This document shows, piece by piece, positions 29,267-39,677 of a stretch of 64,000 bases of DNA. Position numbers and translations under genes: made by a program. How positions within the stretch are numbered: the stretch's first letter is position 1; the number at the start of each line of letters is the position of its first letter. The notes under the pieces are model-generated. The model searched no databases. It worked only from the letters and a program-made list of their open reading frames with translations, and had not been told where the DNA came from. This DNA is from an uncultured delta proteobacterium (GTDB taxonomy: Bacteria > Myxococcota_A > Polyangia > Haliangiales > Haliangiaceae): positions 1,024,001-1,088,000 of the forward strand of contig CAWKDB010000010.1 of assembly GCA_963848295.1 (NCBI GenBank). Reading direction: 5' to 3'.

Positions 29267-30670
29267 ATGCGTTTGGCCCTCCTGTTTGCCCTCACCGCGT
29301 GCGCCGACCACGCGCAGCACTCGGTCGCGCTCTACGACAACGGCGATTACTCGGGCGCCGCCCACGCCGCCGACGAAGGGCTCGCCACTCACCCGGATGA
29401 CGATGGGTTATGGGGCATGCGGATCCGCGCCGCGCTCGCCGAGGGCGATGCCGCGGCCGTCCGCAAGGCCTATAGCGCGTACCGCACCGAGCGCGGCGAC
29501 GACGACAAGGAGCTGCTGCGCGACCTCGTGACCGCGACGCTCGACCAAGCGCTGGAGTCGCCGTCGGTCCCGCTCAAGATCGCCGCGATTCAGGCGGTGC
29601 AGGAGATCGAGCTCGAACCGCTCGCGCTGACCGTCGCCAAGCGGATGGAAGATGACGACGATCGCGTCGCCGCGACGGCGGCGATCGCGGTGTTGCGCGC
29701 GTTTCCACAAGCGCCGAAGGTCGCGAGCCAGATGCTCGATAGCGACAACCCGGAGGCGCGCCGGATCGCGGTCGACGGCATCGGCAAGAAGGTCGGCAAG
29801 CTCGCCGCCGGCGACCTCGAGAAAGCGGCGAACGACGTGGACCCGCGCGTCCGGCGTGCCGCGGTCTACTGGCTCGGCGAGATCAAGGACCGCGACGCCG
29901 GCGACGTGCTCGGCAAGCGCCAGACCGATCCGGACGAGGCGGTGCGCGCTGCAGCGGCGACCGCGATCGCGCAGATCGCGACCGGCGATCTCGAGGCCGC
30001 GGCGAAGACCGCGCTGGCCGACAAGGCGCGCTCGGTGCGGGCGTCGGGCGTCGCGATCCTCGTCGCGGCCCATCGCGATGCCGAGCTCGTCGCGCTCGCG
30101 GCCGATGCCGATCCGGTGGTCGCGCTCGAGGCGGCGATCGCGGTCAAGCGGACGCGGCCCGAGCTCGCGGCGCAGGCGATCGAGCGCGCGATCGGCGATG
30201 ACGATTGGGCCATCCGCGCCGGCGCCGCGAATCAGCTGATGCGCGCGGTCGGCAAGACCGCGGCGCTTCCACTCGCGAAGCGGCTGATCGCGGACAAGGA
30301 TCGCCGGGTCCGCGCTGCGGCGGCGCGCGTCCTCGCTCATGCCGGCGACGCTCCCGACGCGATCGCGGTGTTCGCCGCGATCGCTGCGACCGACCTCCAC
30401 GGCGAACCGCACACGCCGGGCGCACCGCGGGTCCGAGACGTGATCGAAGCGTGGGCCGATCTCGCGGCGCTCGACGACGCCCGCGGGATCCAGGGTCTGT
30501 CCGACCTCGTCAGCGATAGCGCGGCCCCGCAGGCGCAGCGCGTCGCGGCCGCGAACGCCCACCGTACCGCTCGCCGCGTGACGGCCGGCCTCGTCGCGGC
30601 GCTCGCCGACCAGAGCGCGACCGTGCGCGTCGCAGCGGCGACCGCGATCGGCATGCTCGCGAAGCACTAA
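29267..30670 (+). CDS. HEAT-repeat lipoprotein
   Basis: Lipobox LTAC; repeated D.D..VR.AAA motifs. Confidence 0.85.
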   Translation: MRLALLFALTACADHAQHSVALYDNGDYSGAAHAADEGLATHPDDDGLWGMRIRAALAEGDAAAVRKAYSAYRTERGDDDKELLRDLVTATLDQALESPSVPLKIAAIQAVQEIELEPLALTVAKRMEDDDDRVAATAAIAVLRAFPQAPKVASQMLDSDNPEARRIAVDGIGKKVGKLAAGDLEKAANDVDPRVRRAAVYWLGEIKDRDAGDVLGKRQTDPDEAVRAAAATAIAQIATGDLEAAAKTALADKARSVRASGVAILVAAHRDAELVALAADADPVVALEAAIAVKRTRPELAAQAIERAIGDDDWAIRAGAANQLMRAVGKTAALPLAKRLIADKDRRVRAAAARVLAHAGDAPDAIAVFAAIAATDLHGEPHTPGAPRVRDVIEAWADLAALDDARGIQGLSDLVSDSAAPQAQRVAAANAHRTARRVTAGLVAALADQSATVRVAAATAIGMLAKH

Positions 30671-30686
30671 GTAGTGATATCGTCGC

Positions 30687-30755
30687 GGTGGGCGGCTCCG
30701 GCTGCGCTTCGCTTCCATTCGATCCGGTAGCGCAGCCACTCTCCGCCCACCTTTT
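30687..30755 (+). ncRNA. Candidate structured leader RNA upstream of the RING gene
   Basis: Two perfect 9-bp helices (30687-95/30743-51 and 30700-08/30729-37); 20-nt loop containing TTCGATCC; followed by TTTT and the ATG. Confidence 0.5.
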
Positions 30756-30757
30756 CC

Positions 30758-33141
30758 ATGGATCGGATCCGCACGCTTCTGCTCGCGCGCACGAGCACGG
30801 TCGTCCTCGATCCGGACAGCGTGGCGAGCGCGGCGACGCGGCCGTCGCGCGACGTCGACATCGACAAGCTCGAGGAGGATCTCGTCCAGCTCGGTTACGT
30901 GTTGAGCCTCGATCTCGCGATCACGATCCGCCGGCTGCCTCATCAGGCGATCCAGGAGCTGCGCGAGTGGCTGGTCGCGACGCTGTCGACACACACCGGA
31001 ATCGCGCGCCCGGTCTCGCGGGTCCGAGCCGCGTCGCCGACGTTCGGCGTCGATCCTCCGAGCGCTTACGCGGCGCGAATCGTGGGCTGGCTGCGCGCGC
31101 GACCGAAGCAGCCGTGCCCGTGGTGCGGCGAGCACAAGACGATCGGCGCGCTCGATCCGTGCGGCCATCTCGTGTGCAAACGCTGCTGGGACAGCGTGAG
31201 CTACGGCGGATGTCCGATCTGCCATCGCCGGGTCACCGCCGCCGAGCCGTTCCTCGCGCTGCCGTCGCCATCCGGCGATCACCGCGCCGGCCACAGCCAG
31301 CTGACGTTGCTCCACCTCGCGATCGATGTCGCGGCCGTCGCGCAGGCGAGGTTCGGCAAGCTGCTCTCCCGCCACGCACCGGGGTCACCCGACGAGCGCA
31401 CCGAGATCGAGGCCATGATCGACACGATGGGCGACAAGGCGATCGCGTGGCTGCCCCCGCGCATCCCGAATGCCGCGCGGCGCGCTCACGCCCTCGCGCG
31501 GATCTGGTTGGTCAGCGCCGATCGATCGGCGGCCGCGGTCGCGACGGCCTCGCACGTACGCAGCGCGACCGACGTCCTTCGCGTGGCGGTCGCCCTCATG
31601 CAAGGTGATCCGGCGCTGGCGTCGCCGAACCGGCTGCGTTCGATCGGCCGAGGACTGCGCCGCGCGGTGCTCGAAGCGCTCGACCGCCTGCCACTGGAGC
31701 AGGTCGTCGATCACATGCGGCGCGATCGCGGGTCGTGGAAGCGCGTCGGCGAGCGCCTGCACCCGTTCGAGTTCGCCGAACGGTTGCCGAGCGCCGCGCT
31801 CGCGTTTGCGGTCGTGCGCGCGACCGACTTGTCGATCGCGAGCTTCGGTCCAGCGCTGATCGAACGTGCGCAGACGGTGCCGACCATGCGCGTCGTCGCC
31901 GGTCGGGTGCTGTCCGCGGCGTGGGCTGGACAGGCCGAGGGCGACCTCGCCCGCGGAGATGTGATCGCGGCGGTCGAGCACCTCCGCGAGCGCCCCACCC
32001 AGCTGCTGCGGCGCGCCGATTACGTGTTGCGCGTCGCCGAGCGCACGGCCCCGCACGCGATCGCGCATGCACTCGTCGCGATCGGGCGCGCGACTCGCGA
32101 CGGCGATGCGCTGACGTTGCTCGGGCTCGCGAGTCACATCGCGCGGCGCGGCGGCCCGTGGCCCCGTCGCGTGTTCTTCGCGCGCGGCGACGTGTTGCAC
32201 GCATGGCGCATCGCCGACGTACGCACACCGCTCAGGGCCGATGCGATCGCCGCGATCGTGACCGCCGCACGCGGCGAGCTGGTCGCGCGGGCGCGCAAGC
32301 ACAAGTTGTTCGCACGGGCGGTGCTCGACCGCGCGCTCGGTGATCTCCCGCTCGCCGCCGGCGATCCCCCGGCGATCGCGGCCCTCGCGTGCTGGCCGCG
32401 CGGCAGCGAGGTCGCCCTACCCCCGGCGACGCGTTGCGCATCACCGCCGACCGCGACGCCTTATCGGTGATCGCGTTCGACGCCGACTGGCGCCACCTCA
32501 CCACCTTCGCGACCGACGCGGCGCTGTCGATCGAGACGCTGTACGCCGCGGGCGCGCGCCAGCTGGTCGTCGCGGTCGCCGGTCGCTGCCGTCATGTCGA
32601 GCTCGCGACCGCCGCCGCGACGCAGCACTTCGACCTCGCCGGCCGCGCGCTCGTCACGTGTGCGCTCGCGATCGATCTCGGCGAGCGCCGGACCCGTTGG
32701 CTCGGCGTGCCGATCGCCGATCGCGCTGCGCTCGCCGCCGCTGGAGGGTTTCGCGCCGCGCTCGCTCACGCCGCCGCCGACGTCGCCGCCCACAGCGCGA
32801 GTCAGGCACGGGCGACGTTGTGGGACCTCGCTTGTGTGCATGCCGCGGCGCGCGCGAACGTCGTGTACATCCGCGAGCGCGACGGCGCGATCACGATGTA
32901 TCGCCGTCGCGACCACGAAGACCCGGTCCTCCGGCTCGCCCGCGTGCTGTCCGGTGCGAACGACGATGGCACCGCCGCCGCGATCCCGGTCGCCGACGCG
33001 CCGACGCTCGTCGCGGTGCTCGCGGACGACCTCGCGATCCCGCGCGGCTCGGCTGGTTACATTCTCGATGCGCGCCGCACCGGAGCCGCGGGGGTTACGC
33101 GGATGTCCGCGAACGAGCTCGTCGCGACCCTCAACGCGTAA
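30758..33141 (+). CDS. MXAN_6230/SCO0854-like RING-domain protein with degenerate TerD-like C-terminus; frameshift at the C5 run 32420-32424
   Basis: CPWC-x11-CGHLVCKRC-x8-CPIC; SATDVLR, WKRVGERLHPFE. Adding one C joins ORF 30758-32470 to ORF 32389-33141. Confidence 0.75.
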
Positions 33142-33186
33142 CAATCGGGCGGCGGTCGCGGAACCTGGCGTGATAAGTTCTAGGTG

Positions 33187-33780
33187 GTGAGCGGTCAACT
33201 CGGGCTCGTCGGTCTCGCCGCGCTGTTCGTCGCCGCGTGCGCGCAGGGGAGCACGCCGGGCTCGGGCCCACCCGACGCGTCCGGCAACAAGCTCGACGCG
33301 CCTCGGTCGATCGACGGCTTCACGCCGACCGCCGACGCGCCTGCCGCGGATATGTGTGCGAGCGCGGCGACCTGCACCGCCGCGGTCAACCTCGGCGGCG
33401 TGAGCGGCGACACCGGCGAAGACACGCTGATGGCGAGCGGCTATCAGGCCGCGTGGTACAGCGTGCGCGTCACCGAGAACGACAGCGGCGTGTTCGGCGT
33501 GCCGCAAGAGCTGCTGACCGAGCTGACCTCGCCGGCCAGCGAGCAGTACGACCTGTTCGTCTACGTCAACACCGGCAGCGACGTCATCGATTGCACGAGC
33601 GCGACTGGCTCGATCATGGTCAGCGGCACCACGGAATCGAGCAGCCTCACGTGGGGCGAGACCGGCACGTTCTCGAACGGCGATGACGATAGCCGCACCG
33701 TCTCGATCCAGATCGTGCCGAAAGCCGGGACGTGCTCGCCGGCGAGCCCATGGCACCTCGTCGTGGACGGCGACATCTAG
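33187..33780 (+). CDS. Hypothetical lipoprotein
   Basis: Lipobox VAAC; DA-rich linker; GGVSGDTG, YDLFVY beta-sandwich-like domain. Confidence 0.7.
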   Translation: MSGQLGLVGLAALFVAACAQGSTPGSGPPDASGNKLDAPRSIDGFTPTADAPAADMCASAATCTAAVNLGGVSGDTGEDTLMASGYQAAWYSVRVTENDSGVFGVPQELLTELTSPASEQYDLFVYVNTGSDVIDCTSATGSIMVSGTTESSSLTWGETGTFSNGDDDSRTVSIQIVPKAGTCSPASPWHLVVDGDI

Positions 33781-33790
33781 CTCTCGCCGA

Positions 33791-34087
33791 TCAGCCCTGC
33801 GGATACCCGAGCTCGCGCTGATGCCGAAGACCTAGGATCGCGACAACATCCCGGCTTGGATCGAAGCGGTAGAGAGCGAGAAATCCGGTCCGGCCTCGGG
33901 AGATCACGAGCTCTCGAAGTCCATCATCCACGACGCGCCCGATCAGCGGGTGATGTCCGAGAATCGAGATCGCCTCGATCACCGCGTCGATCTGGGAGCG
34001 CGCCAGACCCGGGTCATCGCGCGCGTAGAAGTCGAAGACGCGCTCGAAGTCTCGGAACGCGCGTGGCGCGAAGACTATCTGCGCCAT
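33791..34087 (-). CDS. Type II TA toxin, RelE/ParE family
   Basis: 98 aa; A..DFERV.DF, HPLIGR, RELVISRG..G.LALYR, LRHQRE. Confidence 0.9.
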   Translation of the reverse strand: MAQIVFAPRAFRDFERVFDFYARDDPGLARSQIDAVIEAISILGHHPLIGRVVDDGLRELVISRGRTGFLALYRFDPSRDVVAILGLRHQRELGYPQG

Positions 34088-34362
34088 CGCTTAGGTCGCG
34101 GGCGCTTGACCGACTTGCCACCGGCGCGAGCAGTCATGTAGCGAAACACATCCTCCGCGGCGAAATGAAGTCCGGTTCGGTTCAGCTCGCGTTCGGCGCG
34201 AAGAGCCTCGGCGACGAAGGCATCGTGGCGTTCCGCGCGCGTCGTTTCTTGCTCGATCGCATCGATCATGAAGGCGTGCGGCGTCTTGCCTGCCGCCTCG
34301 GCGACCGCCGTCACTCGTGACTTCAGCGCACCCGGCAACTTCAGGCTCGTCGCAGTCGGCAT
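34075..34362 (-). CDS. Antitoxin, CopG/RHH-type
   Basis: TSLKLP..LK.R...AEAAGKTPHAFM; overlaps the toxin start. Confidence 0.85.
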   Translation of the reverse strand: MPTATSLKLPGALKSRVTAVAEAAGKTPHAFMIDAIEQETTRAERHDAFVAEALRAERELNRTGLHFAAEDVFRYMTARAGGKSVKRPRPKRWRR

Positions 34363-34431
34363 CGGTAGTCAGATGTTACTACCAGCGGACGCCGAGCGCC
34401 AGGACCGGCGCGGCATCGCCCGATGGCGCGG

Positions 34432-36597
34432 TTATCGCGCGAGCTGCGCGAGGATGAACGTCTGGACGTCGGCGAGCAGATCGATCTGCTCGGACATCGA
34501 TGACCCCATGCCATGCCCGGCCTTGTCGCTCGTGCGCAGCAAGATCGGCGCGCTGCCGGTCTGGGCGGCTTGCAGCGCCGCGATCATCTTGCGCGACTGC
34601 CAGGGCGAGACCCGTGGATCGTTCGCGCCGGTCGTCATCAGGATCGCCGGATAGCTCGCGCGCGCGACGTGATGGTACGGCGAGTATGCGTACAACGCCT
34701 TGAACTGGTCGGCGTCGGCGACCGTGCCGTACTCGGTCGTGTTGTAGATACCGTTCGGCGACAGCTCGACGCGCAGCATGTCGTAGATGCCGACCTCGGA
34801 CACGACGGCGTGCGCGAGCTCGGGATGTTGCGTGATCATGGCGCCCATCAGCAGGCCGCCGTTCGAGCCGCCTTCGATCGCGAGCTTGGCAGGGCTCGAG
34901 TACTTGTTGGCGATCACGAACTGCACCGTCGCGGCGAAGTCGTCGAACACGTTCTGCTTGTTCGTGAGCGCGCCGGCCTGATGCCACGCTTCGCCGAATT
35001 CGCCGCCGCCGCGCAGGTTGGCCTCGACGTAGCAGAAGCCCCGGCGCAGCAACGGCGCCCAGCGGGCGAGAAACACCGGTTCGAGGCTGATCCCGAAGCC
35101 ACCGTAGCCGGTGACCACGCACGGCGTCGAGCCGTCCCTCGGTGCGCCCTTGGGCCACACGATGTCGAGCGGAATGGACGTACCGTCCTTCGACGTCGCC
35201 ATCTCGCGCGATACCTCGAAGCTCGACAGATCGACCGGCGGTTTCGGCGAGAGCGCCGGCAAATCGGTCGCCGTGCCGTGCGCCGGATCGAAGTAGCGAT
35301 AGGTCCACGGCGTGGTGAACGACATCACGCCGTAGATGATGCCGGTCTTCCACGCCGTGGCCCCACCGACGGTGCTGATCGGCGGCGCCGCGGGTGCGGC
35401 CGCGGGCTTGCCGTCGCGAGTGAAGGCGCGCAGCTCGCTCGGCCCTCCGAGCTGATAGCTGACGAACACGCGGTGTCCTGCCGAGACGATGTTGTGGTGC
35501 TCGGTGAACTCGGTGACGATCGCGTCCTTGCCCTCGGGCACGACGAGCTTCGCGTCGGCCGAGCTCTTGGCGTGCGCGGCCAACCGCAACAACTTGCCGC
35601 GTAGCGCGTTCGCGCGCGAGACCAGCCAGAGCTCGTCGGTCTCGCCGAACTCGACCGCGACGATGTGATCGTTCCAATCGTCGAGCTGGCGCCAACCCGA
35701 TTTGTCGCGGAGGTAGTGGCGGAACGTCCCGCCGTCGCCGTTCTGGACCGATGCGATCACCCGGCCGCGCGAATCGGAGGCGAGCTCGATCTCGGCGATC
35801 CGCGGCAAGTCCTTCGCGAGCTCTTGCCGGTCGCTCGCGATCGGTGTGCCGAGCTGGTGGAACCACACGGTCATCCAACCGTCGAGCTCGTTCGCAGGCT
35901 TCTCACCCGGCGACGGGTAGCGCGTGTAGTAGAGCCCCTTGCCGTCGGGCGTCCACGCGACGTCGCCGCCGCCGGTGCCGTGTTGCACGTTCGGGATCAC
36001 CGGCTCGAGATCCTTGCCGTCGAGATCGACGATATGGAGCGCACCCGCCTCGCTGCCGCCCTCCGAGATCGACAGCGCGACCTTCGTGCCGTCCGGAGCC
36101 GGCCTCGCCCAATCGATCGTCTGTTGCGCGCCGCCGCCGGCGGCCGGATCGAAGATCAAGTGCGCATGTTCCGGCGCCGCGGGATCGGCCATGACGACGA
36201 GCTCGGCCTGCTCGTGAGTCGGCTGCTTGCGGAACGCGAACATCTTGCCGCCCGCGCTCGTCAGGCTCGCGTAGCGGACGATCGGCGCGGTGAGGATGTC
36301 GCGCAGCTCCTTGCGCACCGTCGCGAGCTCGGGGAGGTGGTCGAGATACGCGCGCGCGTGCTCGTTCTGCGCCGTGCTCCACGCGCGAACCGCGGCGCCG
36401 TCGCCCTCGAGCCAGCGATACGGATCGGTGACCGCGACGCCGTGATAGGTGTCGGTCACCGGCTTCACCGCCGCGACGAGCGGATTCGCGACCGCCGCGA
36501 TCGGCGCGGCGCGCGGATGCTCCACCGCCGCAGACGGACGCTCTTCGCCCGTCGAGCCACACGCTGCGAGCAAGACCACGAGACCGGCGCGCTTCAT
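34432..36597 (-). CDS. Prolyl oligopeptidase (S9A) lipoprotein
   Basis: Lipobox LAAC; DPYRWLE, YGGF, RGGGEFG..WH, GGSNGG, DPRV, AGHG. Confidence 0.95.
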   Translation of the reverse strand: MKRAGLVVLLAACGSTGEERPSAAVEHPRAAPIAAVANPLVAAVKPVTDTYHGVAVTDPYRWLEGDGAAVRAWSTAQNEHARAYLDHLPELATVRKELRDILTAPIVRYASLTSAGGKMFAFRKQPTHEQAELVVMADPAAPEHAHLIFDPAAGGGAQQTIDWARPAPDGTKVALSISEGGSEAGALHIVDLDGKDLEPVIPNVQHGTGGGDVAWTPDGKGLYYTRYPSPGEKPANELDGWMTVWFHQLGTPIASDRQELAKDLPRIAEIELASDSRGRVIASVQNGDGGTFRHYLRDKSGWRQLDDWNDHIVAVEFGETDELWLVSRANALRGKLLRLAAHAKSSADAKLVVPEGKDAIVTEFTEHHNIVSAGHRVFVSYQLGGPSELRAFTRDGKPAAAPAAPPISTVGGATAWKTGIIYGVMSFTTPWTYRYFDPAHGTATDLPALSPKPPVDLSSFEVSREMATSKDGTSIPLDIVWPKGAPRDGSTPCVVTGYGGFGISLEPVFLARWAPLLRRGFCYVEANLRGGGEFGEAWHQAGALTNKQNVFDDFAATVQFVIANKYSSPAKLAIEGGSNGGLLMGAMITQHPELAHAVVSEVGIYDMLRVELSPNGIYNTTEYGTVADADQFKALYAYSPYHHVARASYPAILMTTGANDPRVSPWQSRKMIAALQAAQTGSAPILLRTSDKAGHGMGSSMSEQIDLLADVQTFILAQLAR

Positions 36598-36614
36598 CCG
36601 CGCACCGTACACGC

Positions 36615-37685
36615 TCAGGTTTCGAACCGAAACCGCCAGATACCGAGACCGGCGAACAGCGCCGAAAACCCGGCGAGTGCCCCGAGCGACGGCGCGATGT
36701 CGACGAACGACGTGCCCTGGCGCACGAGCAGCGCGTAGTAGCCGTCGAGCGCCCACGAGTGCGGCACGCAATGCCCGAGCTGTTGCATGAACGGCGGCAT
36801 CAGCAGGCGCGGGAACATGCAGCCGCCGAGCAGGCCCATCACCAGCAACAACACCGGGACGGTGCTGCCGATCTGCTTCTCGGTCCAACCGAACGACGCG
36901 CACAACACGCCGAGGCTCGTCGCGCACAGCACGACCATCAGCGTCAGCACGACGAGCGCGACCACGCTGCCCGCGACCTGCATGCCGAACACGCCGGCGC
37001 CCAGGCCGAAGATCAGCCCGAGCTGGACACAGCCGATCAAGTAGTACGGCACGAGCTTGCCGAACAGCACCTTCCAGCGCGGCACCGGCGCGGCGAGCAG
37101 GCGGCGCCACGTACCGGAGTGGCGCTCGCTCGAGAACGACATCGCGACCATCATCGCGATGAAGAACCCGAACAGCACGCCGTTGCCCGGGACGGTGACC
37201 TGAAACCCGCTGATCCCGTCGAGCACCTTCGCGACGCCCGGCGGTTGCACGATCGTGATCGGTGGCGGTGCGGTCACGAGCGAGAGCCCGCGCATCACGA
37301 CCGCGACCAGCGCGCCTTGCAGCGGCCCGATGACCTGGACCGGTGCGCCGGAGTCGATCACGAGCTCGATGTTGCCGGTCGCTGGCACGACGAAGCCGGC
37401 GCCGACCTCCTCGTGGCCGACCGCGGCGCGCACGGCGTCGGCCGACGGCTCGTCGCGGGGCGCGAACCCGGTGCTCGCCGCGAGTGCCTTCTCGATCTGC
37501 TCGCCGCGCACATCGCCGGGAGCATGCCAGATCGCGATCGGCCGAGGCTCGCCGCGATCGGGGCCGAACTTGAACATCGAGCCGAACACCGCGATGAAGA
37601 TGATCGGCATCGCGATCAGCATCAGCAGCCGGCCGCGGTCGTGGACGAGCAGCGCGACGTCCTTGCGAATCGCCGCGGCGATCAC
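36615..37685 (-). CDS. ABC-2 type exporter permease
   Basis: N-terminal TM helix, ER.SGTWRRLL.AP, GKL.PY, LGG..FP; multi-TM C-terminus. Confidence 0.9.
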   Translation of the reverse strand: MIAAAIRKDVALLVHDRGRLLMLIAMPIIFIAVFGSMFKFGPDRGEPRPIAIWHAPGDVRGEQIEKALAASTGFAPRDEPSADAVRAAVGHEEVGAGFVVPATGNIELVIDSGAPVQVIGPLQGALVAVVMRGLSLVTAPPPITIVQPPGVAKVLDGISGFQVTVPGNGVLFGFFIAMMVAMSFSSERHSGTWRRLLAAPVPRWKVLFGKLVPYYLIGCVQLGLIFGLGAGVFGMQVAGSVVALVVLTLMVVLCATSLGVLCASFGWTEKQIGSTVPVLLLVMGLLGGCMFPRLLMPPFMQQLGHCVPHSWALDGYYALLVRQGTSFVDIAPSLGALAGFSALFAGLGIWRFRFET

Positions 37686-38617
37686 GACGCCGACTCGTCG
37701 CGAAGTGCCTTGCCGGTCAGTGCGAGAAACGCGGTCTCGAGGCTCGCCTCGCGCGACCGTAGCTCCGCGATCGTCGCGGCCGTTTCGATCGCCGCGATCA
37801 CCGGCGCGAGCGCGGCCTTCGGCACGACGCGCACGACGTCGGAACCTGCGGCGTGCTCGACCGTCGCGTGCGACTCGGCGGCGCGAACGGCGGCTTCGAC
37901 ATCGCCCGCGATCGTCAGCTCGTAGCCGGCGCCTGCATACTGCGCGACGAGCTCGCCGATCGATCCGATCGCGACGATCTTGCCCGCGTCCATGATCGCG
38001 ACGCGATCGCACAGCGCCTCGACCTCTTCCATGTAATGGCTCGTGTAGATCACGGTCGTCCCGCCAGCGGCGAGCGCCTTGACGGTCTCGAAGATGTGAT
38101 TGCGACTCTGCGGATCGACGCCGACCGTCGGCTCGTCGAGGATCAGCAACTCGGGCTTGTGGACGAGCCCCGCGGCGATGTTGAGCCGGCGCTTCATGCC
38201 GCCCGAGTAGGTCTTGACCCGATCGCGCGCGCGATCGGCGAGCCCGACGACCTCGAGCGCCCACGCGATGTGTTCGGCGAGCACCGCACCGGCAAGGCCG
38301 TAGAGCGCGCCGAAGAACCGCAAGTTGTGGAGCGCGGGCAGCTCCTCGTACAGCGCGAGCTCTTGCGGCACGAGCCCGAGCTTGCGCTTGGCCGCGAACG
38401 GATCGCGCCCGAGCTCGACGCCGCCGACCACCACGCTGCCGCGGCTCGGCGTGATCACGCCGCACGCCATCGAGATCGTCGTGGTCTTGCCGGCGCCGTT
38501 CGGGCCGAGCAGGCCGAGGATCTCGCCGCGGGTGACGTCGAGATCGAGTGCATCGACCGCGACGCGCTCGCCGTACGTCTTGCCGAGGCCGCGCAGCTCC
38601 AGCACGTGCGCGGTCAC
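37682..38617 (-). CDS. ABC exporter ATP-binding protein
   Basis: [33 protein letters not shown]. Confidence 0.93.
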   Translation of the reverse strand: MTAHVLELRGLGKTYGERVAVDALDLDVTRGEILGLLGPNGAGKTTTISMACGVITPSRGSVVVGGVELGRDPFAAKRKLGLVPQELALYEELPALHNLRFFGALYGLAGAVLAEHIAWALEVVGLADRARDRVKTYSGGMKRRLNIAAGLVHKPELLILDEPTVGVDPQSRNHIFETVKALAAGGTTVIYTSHYMEEVEALCDRVAIMDAGKIVAIGSIGELVAQYAGAGYELTIAGDVEAAVRAAESHATVEHAAGSDVVRVVPKAALAPVIAAIETAATIAELRSREASLETAFLALTGKALRDESAS

Positions 38618-39648
38618 GGCTGCAGCACGACCTTGCCGAACGCCTCGCGCGCCTCGAGCATGCGATGGCCATCCGCGGCGCGGGCGAGCGGCAACACGGC
38701 GTGCACGACCGGCTGCAACCGACCGGCCGCGACGTGACCGAGCACGGCGAGTAGGTCCGCCTTGCTCGCCATCGTCGAGCCGAGGATCGCGAGCTGGCGA
38801 AAGAAGATGTGGCGCAAGTCGATCGCGGGGTGAAAGCCGGCGGTCGCGCCGCACGTCACGATCGTGCCGCCGTTCCTGACCGCGCGGATGCTCGCCGCGA
38901 ACACGTCGCCGCCGACGTGCTCGATCACCGCGTCGACGCCGCGCTTGTCGGTCAACACGCGGCACTCCGCGGCGAAGTCTTGCGTCGTGTAGTCGACCGC
39001 GACGTCCGCGCCGATCTGCCGCGCCCGCTCGCACTTGACGGCGTTGCCCGCGGTCGCGATCACCCGCGCGCCGTGCAGCTTCGCGATCTGGATCGCGGCG
39101 ACCCCGACGCCGGAGCCCGCACCCTGGACCAGCACGACCTCGCCGGGCTGGACCCGCGCCTTGTGCACGACCATCTGCCACGCGGTCATGAACGTCAGGA
39201 TCGAGGCCGCCGCCTGCGCGTAGTCAAGACGCTCGGGATACGGCGCGAGGTTCGTGTCGGGCACGACGATCGCCTCGGCGTAGCCACCCTGCGCGTTCTC
39301 GCCCAGGATCTTGTAGTAGCGGCACAGGTTGTCGTGGCCGCCGAGGCACTGCGCGCACTGGCCGCACGACAGGCCCGGTTGGACCACGACCTTGGCGCCG
39401 AGCTTCGCGCGCGCACCGGCCCCGAGCGCCTCGACCTCACCGACGAGGTCCGAGCCGAGCCGATGCGGATACTCGAGCTTGAACGCCGGCCCGCCGCGGC
39501 GCACCCAGAGATCGAGGTGGTTGAGCGCGATCGCGCGGATCCGCACGCGGACCTCGCGCGGTCCCGGCTCGGGCAGCGCGATCTGCTCGAGCTGCAATAC
39601 CTCGGGCCCGCCGTGCTCGCGCAGCACGACCGCGTTCATGGTCGCCAT
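38614..39648 (-). CDS. Zinc-binding dehydrogenase (MDR family)
   Basis: NHLD, CGQCAQC..G.DNLC, GAGSGVG, FGKVVL. Confidence 0.92.
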   Translation of the reverse strand: MATMNAVVLREHGGPEVLQLEQIALPEPGPREVRVRIRAIALNHLDLWVRRGGPAFKLEYPHRLGSDLVGEVEALGAGARAKLGAKVVVQPGLSCGQCAQCLGGHDNLCRYYKILGENAQGGYAEAIVVPDTNLAPYPERLDYAQAAASILTFMTAWQMVVHKARVQPGEVVLVQGAGSGVGVAAIQIAKLHGARVIATAGNAVKCERARQIGADVAVDYTTQDFAAECRVLTDKRGVDAVIEHVGGDVFAASIRAVRNGGTIVTCGATAGFHPAIDLRHIFFRQLAILGSTMASKADLLAVLGHVAAGRLQPVVHAVLPLARAADGHRMLEAREAFGKVVLQP

Positions 39649-39677
39649 GACGCGAACATACGCGCTAGGGTTCGCGC

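Noticed and set aside
30709..30728. tRNA gene at the TTCGATCC motif
   Set aside because: No cloverleaf, D arm or anticodon arm; it folds as a single rod and is reported as a candidate leader RNA instead.
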